DNA of 20,594 bases from Bdellovibrionia bacterium (GTDB taxonomy: Bacteria; Bdellovibrionota; UBA1018), in contig JBJMMA010000227.1 in NCBI GenBank assembly GCA_045805065.1, positions 1 through 20,594 on the forward strand, given 5' to 3'. Positions within the stretch are counted from its first letter, which is position 1. Every line of letters starts with the position of its first letter. A model generated the notes under the pieces. It saw nothing but the letters and a program-made list of their open reading frames with translations, was not told the origin of the DNA and did not search any database. Shown one piece after another: positions 7,584 to 16,077 of this stretch. A program made the position numbers and the translations under genes.

Positions 7584-8166
7584 GCGGGTATACATCTTTC
7601 GACATGGCGAAACAGACTGGAACCGAGAAGGGCGCTTTCAAGGCCATCTTGATGTTCCGATCAACGAGACGGGGAGGAGACAAGCGATTGAGCTTGTCTC
7701 CCGTCTCGATGGCTCAGGAATCGAAGCCATTTTAAGCAGTGATCTCTCGCGCGCCTATGAGACGGCGCGTATTGTCGCAAATCAGTTAGGGATCCCTGTT
7801 TTCTCTCACGAAGGACTCCGAGAAGCGCATCTGGGTGAAGCCCAAGGACTTGTGCGCGAGGAAATTGAGCGCCGTTTTGGAACGGAAATCGCGACCAAAT
7901 GGCGTTCCAACCAGATTAGTGATGCGGACATCTGCTATCCAGGAGGCGAAACCGGCGCTGCGATCATGAAGCGCGTGTTTGACGCCATGGAAGCCTTCTT
8001 ACATGACCGCGCTTATGAAAACGTGGCGATCTCCACTCACGGTGGGGTGATTCGCAGGGTGATGCAGAGACTGCTTCCTCCGGGAAGCGAGATGGTTCCA
8101 ATTCCCAATACGGTTCTTTATCTGCTAACTTATGATCTCAAGGAACGTCGATGGAGGTCTGCCTGA
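7576..8166 (+). CDS. Histidine phosphatase (phosphoglycerate mutase/CobC-like) family protein
   Basis: RHGETDWN motif, 'SSDLSRAYETA', 'LRE..LG..QG', 'PGGE', 'STHGGVIR'. No signal peptide. Confidence 0.92.
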   Translation: MIKRVYIFRHGETDWNREGRFQGHLDVPINETGRRQAIELVSRLDGSGIEAILSSDLSRAYETARIVANQLGIPVFSHEGLREAHLGEAQGLVREEIERRFGTEIATKWRSNQISDADICYPGGETGAAIMKRVFDAMEAFLHDRAYENVAISTHGGVIRRVMQRLLPPGSEMVPIPNTVLYLLTYDLKERRWRSA

Positions 8167-8171
8167 TTTTT

Positions 8172-8702
8172 ATGATTCGCACTTCAAAAAAGTACTTCAG
8201 CAAAGCTTTGATCCTAACGAGTATTTTTGCTTTCAGTAGTCCGGCATTTGCGGAGCATACCCGGCCGACCAATCCCAATGCGGTCAGCTTGGAAATTCTC
8301 GGTAAGACTTTTCTTTACACCGTGCAATATGATCGTGCAGTGACGGACGACGTCTTTGCGGGTGTTGGGGTCGGAAGTGTAGCGCTGGATTATCTCAATG
8401 GTACAGATGCGGGCAACTCGGCGGTTCTCGTTCCTGTTTATGCCGGCTATTACTTTCTAAGAGATCAAGGATCGCCGTTCGTTATTGCGGGCGCGTCCTT
8501 AGTCACGAATCACTCGGAAACCAGCGGGAAGAAAACGAACCTCGCCGGCCTTGAGATGGGCTCTAGTCAGGTTCTTCCGTTTTTCGGAGCAGGCTATGAA
8601 GTCCGCACGGACTCAGGCTTTCTCTTTCGCGTGACCGGATACGGTGAAATCGGTAAATCGCTCAAGCCTTGGGGCGGCGCTACCTTTGGATATGCGTTCT
8701 AG
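8172..8702 (+). CDS. Small outer-membrane beta-barrel protein
   Basis: Signal peptide ending AFA, about eight amphipathic strands, and a C-terminal BAM-type signal 'GATFGYAF'. ATG 8172 preferred because it lies 5 nt after the upstream stop. Confidence 0.7.
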   Translation: MIRTSKKYFSKALILTSIFAFSSPAFAEHTRPTNPNAVSLEILGKTFLYTVQYDRAVTDDVFAGVGVGSVALDYLNGTDAGNSAVLVPVYAGYYFLRDQGSPFVIAGASLVTNHSETSGKKTNLAGLEMGSSQVLPFFGAGYEVRTDSGFLFRVTGYGEIGKSLKPWGGATFGYAF

Positions 8703-8707
8703 CGAAT

Positions 8708-9880
8708 ATGCGTTTTAGCCTTCGCTGGGCTTTATCTCTCACCGCTTTACAGATTCTTTTCATGCTAGCGCTTGCGCCAGGGACCTCCTTTGGCGCGCGC
8801 TATCTAGCATTCAACAATTGGGATAGCTTCCACTATCTGCATATCGCAGAAGGCGGATACAAGATCCCCACGGGCACGATCACTAGTGACGATATTCATG
8901 AAGGACGCGCCAATGTGGTTTTCTTTCCTGGATATCCCATGGCAGCGCGTGGAGTCTCGCAGCTCACGGGGCTTTCAGTTCCGCTCAGCTTGCTGATTGT
9001 CGCGCAGCTTTGTTGTTTTATTTTCTGGATCTATTTCTTTCTGTTGATGAAGCAGTTTGGATTGAGCGAGGAGACTGCACGAAATCGCGCGTTGTGCATT
9101 GCGCTCCATCCTGCGGCCTTTTACCTGGTCGCAGGTTATACAGAGACTCTTTTTCTTGTTGGCATGATGGGCTTTCTCTACTGGAGCAATCGCTGGCTCA
9201 AGGAGGGGGGAGTGGCAGGGGTGATTGCGGCCGCTCACGGCTTCGCCATGTCGATCACCCGGATCGTCTCTTTTGCTCCGGCTTCTTATCCAAGCTTTGT
9301 GGAGCTTTTCTCCCATGGGCCTTCTGCGCTGAAGAAAGCGAAATTCTGGAAAGCCGTAGCGATCTCCCTTGCAGGAGTTTCCGGCGCGGTTGTCTTTTTT
9401 GCTTATTGCCAATCCCGTTTCGGGATGTGGAATCTCTACTTTCAGCTTGAGGAAACAGGCTGGCAAAATCATCGGCGCTGGTTTGCCGTGATTAATCCAT
9501 TGTCTTACGTGCCTCGTTTTTTCTTTGAGCACTCGGTGGATTCGCTGAACCGAACTGCGGTTTTGGTGACCGGGATTCAGCTCGTTCAGACATTTCCTAA
9601 AAAGCAGTCTTGGAGAAAAATTTTCAGCGCTGAACTTTTGCCGCTTTGGATCGTGGCCTTTACGCTTTTCTATATCGCGCTCACCGGCAAAGCCAACGCC
9701 AATATGGATAGCATGCTCAGGTACACGCTTCCGCCTTTCATTTTACTTTTGTTGATTGGCGCGCGTGAGGGAACGGATCTGCTCAAGCGTCCTCGTTGGA
9801 TCGCTCTTGCCGCGGTTTTCTCGTTCGCACTTCAAATCTGGTGCGCTTATCGCTTTTTACGCGGACACTGGGTGGCCTAG
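8708..9880 (+). CDS. GT-C glycosyltransferase, PIG-V-like (Mannosyl_trans2/GT76-like)
   Basis: 'WDSFHYLHIAEGGY', 'VFFPGYP', 'GYTETLF' and a late 'RY' motif match PIG-V-type signatures (WD..yl.IA..GY, FFP.yP, YsEslF). Multi-pass membrane protein; ATG 8708. Confidence 0.85.
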   Translation: MRFSLRWALSLTALQILFMLALAPGTSFGARYLAFNNWDSFHYLHIAEGGYKIPTGTITSDDIHEGRANVVFFPGYPMAARGVSQLTGLSVPLSLLIVAQLCCFIFWIYFFLLMKQFGLSEETARNRALCIALHPAAFYLVAGYTETLFLVGMMGFLYWSNRWLKEGGVAGVIAAAHGFAMSITRIVSFAPASYPSFVELFSHGPSALKKAKFWKAVAISLAGVSGAVVFFAYCQSRFGMWNLYFQLEETGWQNHRRWFAVINPLSYVPRFFFEHSVDSLNRTAVLVTGIQLVQTFPKKQSWRKIFSAELLPLWIVAFTLFYIALTGKANANMDSMLRYTLPPFILLLLIGAREGTDLLKRPRWIALAAVFSFALQIWCAYRFLRGHWVA

Positions 9881-11325
9881 GGGCCGCACTCAAAGAGCGT
9901 CCAGTTTCTGAGCCTTGCGAGAGGTTTCCAATCGGGAAGAGAATGAGTCACGGGGCGGCAGCGGTTCGATAACTCCGGATTCGAGCTGGAGTTGAGTTCC
10001 GCTGAAGGCGATGCGTACCAAAACGCTGTCGCTGGAGCGCTGCCGCCTTCCAGTGGCGAAAGCTTCAGTCCTTCAGGCCGGTAAAAGTACATGGGGATTC
10101 CTAAAAGCGTATAAGGATCCTGACCCGGAGAATAATAGAGCTCGGTCAGCGATCGATCATAGACCGCCTTGTAAAACCGCATTCCTGGGGCTGCGGGAAC
10201 GAGTGCAAGCGTCACGAGCGCAATGCCGTTCAAAGCGAATATGCCATCGCCTGCCCAACGTGAAGGCCTGCGAGCCAAGATCCATTCCCCAATGGAGCGT
10301 CCATGATGCTGCGTGAAAAGAAGAAGCATGAGAATGACAGGGGCCGCATGAGCCAGAGGAAAAAGAAAGCGCGTCTCTTTGTGCCCGATCCCAAGGTGCA
10401 CGAGGAATAAGGGGGCATGCGACCAGGTCAGCACATGCCGAGGCTCTCGGATCCAGAAAAAGATAAGCCCCATCAGGGTCAGAAACCCAAGAACCGGAAC
10501 ACTCTCAGTCCAGCTTCTTCTGAAATAATCCCACCACGGAGAAACATCGGTCGATGAGACGTAGTCCTGGATCAAGTTGAAGTGAAAGTAATTCCAGGGA
10601 GCGAAGGTCCACTTTCCATAACCTAAGAAATCGAGATAAGTCCCAAATCCAATGGCAAGTACGATCCCCGCAAACAGAATCGTTAGGTCTCTGATCCGAA
10701 GTCTTGCCATCAGCGCAAACCAGAAAAAGCCTCCGGCAACCATAAAGCCTAGCTGATATCTTGCCTCAAAGGCCAGACCCCAGAGGATGCCGGGAAAAAC
10801 CCAAACGAGTGCTGACTTTGCAAAGCCAGTGGTCTCTTTTCGCATCATCTGAACGGCTAAGCACAGGCCGATCACGAACAAGGCGCCACTCAGGTTTTCA
10901 GACGAAGTACGCGCATGAAGGGCGGGCAGGCACCAGAACAAAGAGAGCGCGATCACGCTCCATTTCTGCCAACGGGTCTCTTTCACCCAAAGCGGAATAC
11001 AAAGAGCAAGGCTCACGACACTGAGCCATCCAATCAGAGAGGAGAGAAGCCTCATGGCCAAGGCCCAGGTAAAAGGATTCTGGATTCCCAATGCCATCAA
11101 AAGCCGCACTGGCACCCAATAGAGAAAGGGTTGAAACCAGGGCCTGATCATATGAGAGTATTCGATCGGGAGCGCTGAAGGCGGCGTGCGCCCTAAAACC
11201 GTGCCCAGGAATTCAAGAATCTGGAAATGCTCATCTGAGTTCTGATAGCCCGTGCTGAAGATCGCAGCCAGAAGGTGCAGCCCCAGGGAAATCAGTAGCC
11301 AGCGAATCAGGAATCGTTTGCTCAC
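9877..11325 (-). CDS. GT-C glycosyltransferase, GT22 family, PIG-B-like
   Basis: 'DEHFQILE', 'EY...IRP', 'RTSSE' and 'HKETRFLFP' match PIG-B/Alg9-type motifs (DE.wQ.lE, HKE.RF..P). GTG start; multi-pass membrane protein. Confidence 0.85.
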   Translation of the reverse strand: MSKRFLIRWLLISLGLHLLAAIFSTGYQNSDEHFQILEFLGTVLGRTPPSALPIEYSHMIRPWFQPFLYWVPVRLLMALGIQNPFTWALAMRLLSSLIGWLSVVSLALCIPLWVKETRWQKWSVIALSLFWCLPALHARTSSENLSGALFVIGLCLAVQMMRKETTGFAKSALVWVFPGILWGLAFEARYQLGFMVAGGFFWFALMARLRIRDLTILFAGIVLAIGFGTYLDFLGYGKWTFAPWNYFHFNLIQDYVSSTDVSPWWDYFRRSWTESVPVLGFLTLMGLIFFWIREPRHVLTWSHAPLFLVHLGIGHKETRFLFPLAHAAPVILMLLLFTQHHGRSIGEWILARRPSRWAGDGIFALNGIALVTLALVPAAPGMRFYKAVYDRSLTELYYSPGQDPYTLLGIPMYFYRPEGLKLSPLEGGSAPATAFWYASPSAELNSSSNPELSNRCRPVTHSLPDWKPLARLRNWTLFECGP

Positions 11326-11355
11326 CTTCGCAAGTTTTGCATAAACTACCCTTGA

Positions 11356-12546
11356 ATGGAAAACGAAAGAACTCAGTCAAAATCGGTATTAACGAAAAAA
11401 AGGGTCATTCATTGTCTGTGGATCATTCTCGGCATTGCCGCTTCCATTCGCCTGATTCGCGCGGCTCAGGCCGATAGCATGGACTTTCATGTCTATTGGA
11501 AGGCTGCTCAGACTTGGATCGGGCAGGGGATCTCCCCTTATCTTTACGATGCTTCTGATCGTGGGTTTGTCTTCAAGTATCCTCCCTGGATCCTGCCATT
11601 TTTTTTCCCCTTTGGTTTTCTCTCTTTTGAGGCTTCAAAGGTTACTTGGGCGTTAGTTGGGCTCTTTTGTATCTATTTTTCGATCTACCAACTGATCCGG
11701 CAGGGGATGCGACCAGGGGTTGCTTTCGTTTCTGCGGCTTTGTTTTGGTGGATCTGGCTTGGGCATATCTATTCGGGACAATTTACTCTTGTTCTGCTTG
11801 CTGCTGCGATGTGGGCGGTGCCGACCCGGTCTTCGCCAGGAAAGCTTGCCTTTCTATCCATTATTTTCACGACGAAAGTGTTTTCAGTCATTTCGCTTCT
11901 GGGGCGCTGGCGTGAGTGCTTTCGCCTCAGGCCTGTCGTTGCAGGTCTCGCTCTGCTTTTGTTTTTGCATCTGATCGTCTTCGGAGTGTTTGTCCTGCAT
12001 GGGCAGAGCTATGGGATGGTGGAGCTTTATCGGCAGTGGGTTCAAGCTGCGAGCTCCGGTGGTCAAGAGCTGGGAGCAGTCGTTGTCCGCGGACAAATGA
12101 ATCATGGTTTTACGGCAGGAGTGCTGCGGGCTTTTCATGTGGATGCTCACGAGACTTCGCTCGATTACAAGGTGGCTCTTGTGCTTGCTGCGCTGTTTTC
12201 AGCGATTTGGGTGCGGGCTTCCAAGGGACTTAAGCCTGTTGAAGTTTGGGCCGGATGGCTTGGCGTGGGACTGATCTGTCATCCGCTTGCCTGGCATCAT
12301 TCGTTTGTGCTGGCATATCCTTTGTGCGCATTATCATTGGATCGAGCAGTGAGTACGCGTAGCACGTGGCTGAAGGCTCTTTCAGTCTTTGGCATGGTCT
12401 GCATTGGAATTCTTATTCCCAATGTGTTTGGGATGACGCTTGTGACTCCACTGGAAATGATCTCCATCAAGTCCTGGGGAGTTTGCTTTTCTGCTCTTGC
12501 CCTTGTTTTGGCGACACGCTCACTGAGTTCCCAGCAGCCCGCTTAA
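11356..12546 (+). CDS. GT-C glycosyltransferase, GT87/DUF2029 family (PimE/PIG-M-related)
   Basis: 'DFHVYWKAA', 'GISPY', 'FKYPP', 'GQ' and 'PLAWHH' motifs; multi-pass membrane protein. Confidence 0.85.
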   Translation: MENERTQSKSVLTKKRVIHCLWIILGIAASIRLIRAAQADSMDFHVYWKAAQTWIGQGISPYLYDASDRGFVFKYPPWILPFFFPFGFLSFEASKVTWALVGLFCIYFSIYQLIRQGMRPGVAFVSAALFWWIWLGHIYSGQFTLVLLAAAMWAVPTRSSPGKLAFLSIIFTTKVFSVISLLGRWRECFRLRPVVAGLALLLFLHLIVFGVFVLHGQSYGMVELYRQWVQAASSGGQELGAVVVRGQMNHGFTAGVLRAFHVDAHETSLDYKVALVLAALFSAIWVRASKGLKPVEVWAGWLGVGLICHPLAWHHSFVLAYPLCALSLDRAVSTRSTWLKALSVFGMVCIGILIPNVFGMTLVTPLEMISIKSWGVCFSALALVLATRSLSSQQPA

Positions 12547-14014
12547 AAAGTGATATGGCTTTTAAGCTCCGGCTTGAGTGTTCCACGACTCGCTCAGGAT
12601 AGCCTTTAGGAAGCTTTGGGAGTTTCCAGGGCTCATGGATATGACGTGTAGCGACTTCCGCGAGCTCCGGCACGAACTTGCGCACGAAGGTACCCTCCGG
12701 ATCGTAGTGCTTTCCTTGCAGAGTCGGATTGAAAATTCGGAAATATGGCTGTGGATCACATCCTGTGGATGCGGCCCACTGCCAGCCGCCATTGTTTGCG
12801 GCTTGATCGCCATCTAAAAGCTTTTCCATGAAATAGCGCTCACCCCACTGCCAGTTGATCAGAAGATCCTTGGTCAAAAAGGAGGCAACCACCATGCGCA
12901 TTCTGTTATGCATCCAGCCTGTGGTGTTGAGCTGCCTCATCGCCGCATCGACAATGGGATAGCCTGTTTTTCCTTCGCACCAGGCTTGAAAAAGTTTCCG
13001 GTCGTCTTCCCAATCAATATTCTTGTACTTGGGTTGGAAGGCTTCCTTCTCAACGCGTGGGGCGTGATAAAGGATGTGATAGTAGAACTCACGCCAGATC
13101 AGCTCGTTCAGAAATTTAGTCCGCGAATCCTGAGTTGCTGCCGAACGATCAGAATGTTTTTGCTGAGCGAGGTCAAGTTCCGCGATCACTTGCGCGCTCG
13201 AGATGGATCCATTCTTCAGATAGATCGAAAGGCGAGAGGTCCCGTCGATGGATGGGATGTCTCGGTTTTTGGCATAATCCTGGATTCCTGTTTCTGCAAA
13301 GTGCCGCAGCTGCTCAAGCGCTGCCTGATGCCCTGCGCGCGGAAGCGGCACTTCGCTCTGAGGCAGGGTCTTGGTGCGGTAGCTTTCCAGCTGATCAGAA
13401 AACTTTGAGGCGAGCCGGTCTGTGAGGATTTTCTTCCATGCCAGGTGGAATGACTCACTCTTTTGTTCCTTGAGTCTTTGCTGGATTTCCTGACTGAAGA
13501 AAGCCTTCATCCACTTTTTTTGAAATGGGGAATAAACCTGATACCAGTTTCCACTGCTGCCTTTGGCAGGCTCCTTGGAAATCTCATGAGGCTCGATCAG
13601 GAGATGGTCTCGCTCCGTATGAACCGGAATTTGAAAGCGCCTGGAGACGAGGGCTTCGATTTTTGCATCACGCTCTCGGGCAAAGGGTTCATAGTCCCGG
13701 TTGAAAGACAACGTGGAAGGAAGTGGAAGCTCCGCGTCCTTGAGAGCTGAAAAAAGCGAGTCAAAGGCCTGGTCGGGACCTTGATCTAAAACCAGAAGGT
13801 CGCCACCCAATGCTTTCATTTCTTTCTTGAGCTCGCAAACCGTCTCAAGAAGGAAAGCAAAGCGGCTCATGGAGATGTCTTTCCTGGCTAGAAATTTGGG
13901 ATCAAAGACAAAGATACCCAGGACGCGTCCCTGGTGAGCTTTGCAATTCGATAACAAAGCAGGATTTCCGGCCACTCGGAGATCGCGTCGAAACCAATGA
14001 ATCCCATATTTCAT
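12467..14014 (-). CDS. phrB: Deoxyribodipyrimidine (CPD class I-type) photolyase
   Basis: 'WFRRDLRV..NPAL', 'GTSRLS.YL..G', 'ELIWREFY', 'GKTGYPIVDAAMRQL..TGWMHNR.RM..ASFL.KDL', 'NNGGWQW.AS.G.D..PYFRIFNP'. The Trp triad positions are present. Confidence 0.95.
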   Translation of the reverse strand: MKYGIHWFRRDLRVAGNPALLSNCKAHQGRVLGIFVFDPKFLARKDISMSRFAFLLETVCELKKEMKALGGDLLVLDQGPDQAFDSLFSALKDAELPLPSTLSFNRDYEPFARERDAKIEALVSRRFQIPVHTERDHLLIEPHEISKEPAKGSSGNWYQVYSPFQKKWMKAFFSQEIQQRLKEQKSESFHLAWKKILTDRLASKFSDQLESYRTKTLPQSEVPLPRAGHQAALEQLRHFAETGIQDYAKNRDIPSIDGTSRLSIYLKNGSISSAQVIAELDLAQQKHSDRSAATQDSRTKFLNELIWREFYYHILYHAPRVEKEAFQPKYKNIDWEDDRKLFQAWCEGKTGYPIVDAAMRQLNTTGWMHNRMRMVVASFLTKDLLINWQWGERYFMEKLLDGDQAANNGGWQWAASTGCDPQPYFRIFNPTLQGKHYDPEGTFVRKFVPELAEVATRHIHEPWKLPKLPKGYPERVVEHSSRSLKAISLFKRAAGNSVSVSPKQGQEQKSKLPRT

Positions 14015-14061
14015 AGATAGACTTTCTTTTTCCCCGATATTTGTGAGATTGTCGAGAAGTC

Positions 14062-14994
14062 ATGCGTGCGTTGGTAACAGGAGCAACAGGATTTATCGGA
14101 TATCAACTGGTCAAACAGCTGGTCGAGCAAGGCCACGATGTTGTGGTCATATCGCGAAACCCGGACGGAGCCAGGTGCCGTTTTGCGCGCGTTTTGATGG
14201 AAAAAGGAAAAGAGCTTCTCCATTTTTACGGCTGGGATGCGATGCATGGTCCTCCGCCGTCTGTGGCTCTTGAAGGGGTGGATGCGGTCGTTCATCTGGC
14301 AGGCGAGCCGCTGGCTGAATCCAGATGGAGCCCGGAGAGAAAGCGTTTGATTCGCGAATCGCGCGCTCTTGGAACCAAGAATCTGGTTCGCGGGCTTGCC
14401 ATTGCGAAACCTAAAGTCGTTGTCAGCGCTTCAGCGATCGGCTTTTACGGTGATCGCGGGGATGAGAGACTCGATGAAGGTTCAAGCGCGGGCGCAGGCT
14501 TTCTTTCTGAAGTCTGTCGTGATTGGGAGCGTGAAGCGCTTGAGGCTGAAAAGATCGAAGGCACTCGAGTCGTGAGGCTGAGAACCGGCTTGGTTTTAGG
14601 TCGCACCGGCGGAGCCTTGCCTCGAATTCTTCCCATCTTTCGATGGGGGGCTGGAGGCGTTTTGGGAAGCGGCAATCAGTGGATGAGCTGGATCCATGAG
14701 TGTGATCTTGTCTCCATGATTCAATGGGCCTTGGCTGAGCACGATTTGCAAGGCGCCGTCAATGCGGTCGGACCGACCCCTGTGACCAATCGCGAGTTCA
14801 CGCAAGCCTTGGCGCAGGCGCTCAAGCGCCCTGCGTTGATTCCTGCTCCTGCAACAGCGCTTAAGTTCGCGTTAGGCGAAATGTCTGACGTTGTGCTTCA
14901 TAGTCAGCGTGTTCTCCCTAAGAAGGCGCTGGAGCGCGGTTTTCAATTCCAATTCCAAGATTTCAACGGCGCGATCCAGGACTTGCTGAAATAG
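14062..14994 (+). CDS. TIGR01777 family NAD-dependent oxidoreductase/epimerase (YfcH/SDR39U1-like)
   Basis: 'TGATGFIG', 'HLAGEP...RW', 'SASAIGFYG', 'GFLSEVCRDWE', 'GSGNQWMSWIH', 'SQRV.P'. Confidence 0.93.
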   Translation: MRALVTGATGFIGYQLVKQLVEQGHDVVVISRNPDGARCRFARVLMEKGKELLHFYGWDAMHGPPPSVALEGVDAVVHLAGEPLAESRWSPERKRLIRESRALGTKNLVRGLAIAKPKVVVSASAIGFYGDRGDERLDEGSSAGAGFLSEVCRDWEREALEAEKIEGTRVVRLRTGLVLGRTGGALPRILPIFRWGAGGVLGSGNQWMSWIHECDLVSMIQWALAEHDLQGAVNAVGPTPVTNREFTQALAQALKRPALIPAPATALKFALGEMSDVVLHSQRVLPKKALERGFQFQFQDFNGAIQDLLK

Positions 14995-15032
14995 AATTCA
15001 AGCGATATCCCCAAAAGAGATAGGAGACGCAT

Positions 15033-15404
15033 ATGGCTCATTCACATGAATTCTTAAAGCTTGTCGATCAATCCAGAGAGAAAATCAAAGAGTGCACCAC
15101 GGACGATGTGATGCAAAAGCTCCAGGCCGGAGAGAAGTTTCACTTCGTGGATTGCCGTGAAGACGATGAGTGGCGCCAAGGTCGCGCAAAAGGCGCGATC
15201 CACATCGGCCGCGGCGTTTTAGAGCGCGATATTGAAGAAGAGATCCCAAACAAAGCGGATCAGATCATTCTTTATTGCGGTGGTGGCTTTCGCTCCGCTC
15301 TCGCTGCCGAATCCATCCAAAAGATGGGCTACACGAACGTCATCTCGATGGATGGCGGTATCCGTGAGTGGAAGCAAAAAGGCTATCCGATTACGCAGGA
15401 CTAA
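15033..15404 (+). CDS. Single-domain rhodanese-like sulfurtransferase
   Basis: 'VDCREDDEW..G...GAIH', active-site loop 'YCGGGFRS', 'MDGG...W'. SD AGGAGA upstream. Confidence 0.92.
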   Translation: MAHSHEFLKLVDQSREKIKECTTDDVMQKLQAGEKFHFVDCREDDEWRQGRAKGAIHIGRGVLERDIEEEIPNKADQIILYCGGGFRSALAAESIQKMGYTNVISMDGGIREWKQKGYPITQD

Positions 15405-16064
15405 CTAAAAGCCTTCAGGCTTATAGCGATCCGGATGCGATGCCTGGCATGCCTCTGTCTTGAGCGCGTTTGAATAGATTTGAGCAATCAGCGGGAATTC
15501 TTTCTCCAGATCGATGTCAAATCGAAGCGCTGCATAGCACTGAGGAATCAAAAAGAGGTCAGGCATCGTAATCTGATCGCCCACCGAGTACAGACCTGCC
15601 GTGTCTTGTGCCCACTCCGTATAGGCAGTGAGTCCGTTGCGAACCCATTTCTGACTCCAGGCTTTTCGGACGTCTTCATCTTTGCTGACAGCTCCAGTTA
15701 CAGGAGGATTCTGCAAAGGCTGGATCCCTGAGTTCACAAGCTCAGAGAGTCTGCGGAGCTGAGCCTTTTTCTTGGCATCTCCGGGAAGCAGGCTTGGCGT
15801 TGGGTAGAGCTCATCTGCCCACTCAATAATCGCCGTGGATTCGGTGAGAAATCGTTCCGAGCGCTTCGCGTTTTGTGGTTGATCCAAAAACTCCAGGACA
15901 GGCACGTAACCCATCGGGTTTCTTGCGCGGTGCTCAGGGCGATCCGTCTCATCATCCAAAAGATTGACGTGAATCATCTCAGGATGAATTTTTTTGAGCT
16001 CAAAAGCCCAGCGAACCCGCCAGCTGCTTCCGGAACGCCAGTAGTGATAGAGTTTGATTTTCAT
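15405..16064 (-). CDS. maiA: Maleylacetoacetate isomerase (zeta-class GST)
   Basis: 'YWRSGSSWRVR', 'NPMGYVP', 'TES.AIIE', 'SGIQPLQN', 'D..LIPQ.Y.A.RF', 'HP'. Lies 13 nt downstream of the FAH gene. Confidence 0.9.
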   Translation of the reverse strand: MKIKLYHYWRSGSSWRVRWAFELKKIHPEMIHVNLLDDETDRPEHRARNPMGYVPVLEFLDQPQNAKRSERFLTESTAIIEWADELYPTPSLLPGDAKKKAQLRRLSELVNSGIQPLQNPPVTGAVSKDEDVRKAWSQKWVRNGLTAYTEWAQDTAGLYSVGDQITMPDLFLIPQCYAALRFDIDLEKEFPLIAQIYSNALKTEACQASHPDRYKPEGF

Positions 16065-16077
16065 GGTTCAGCTGACC

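Noticed and set aside
16010..16045. MaiA has SGS in place of the SSC motif of human GSTZ1
   Set aside because: The catalytic first Ser is retained and bacterial zeta GSTs commonly lack the Cys.
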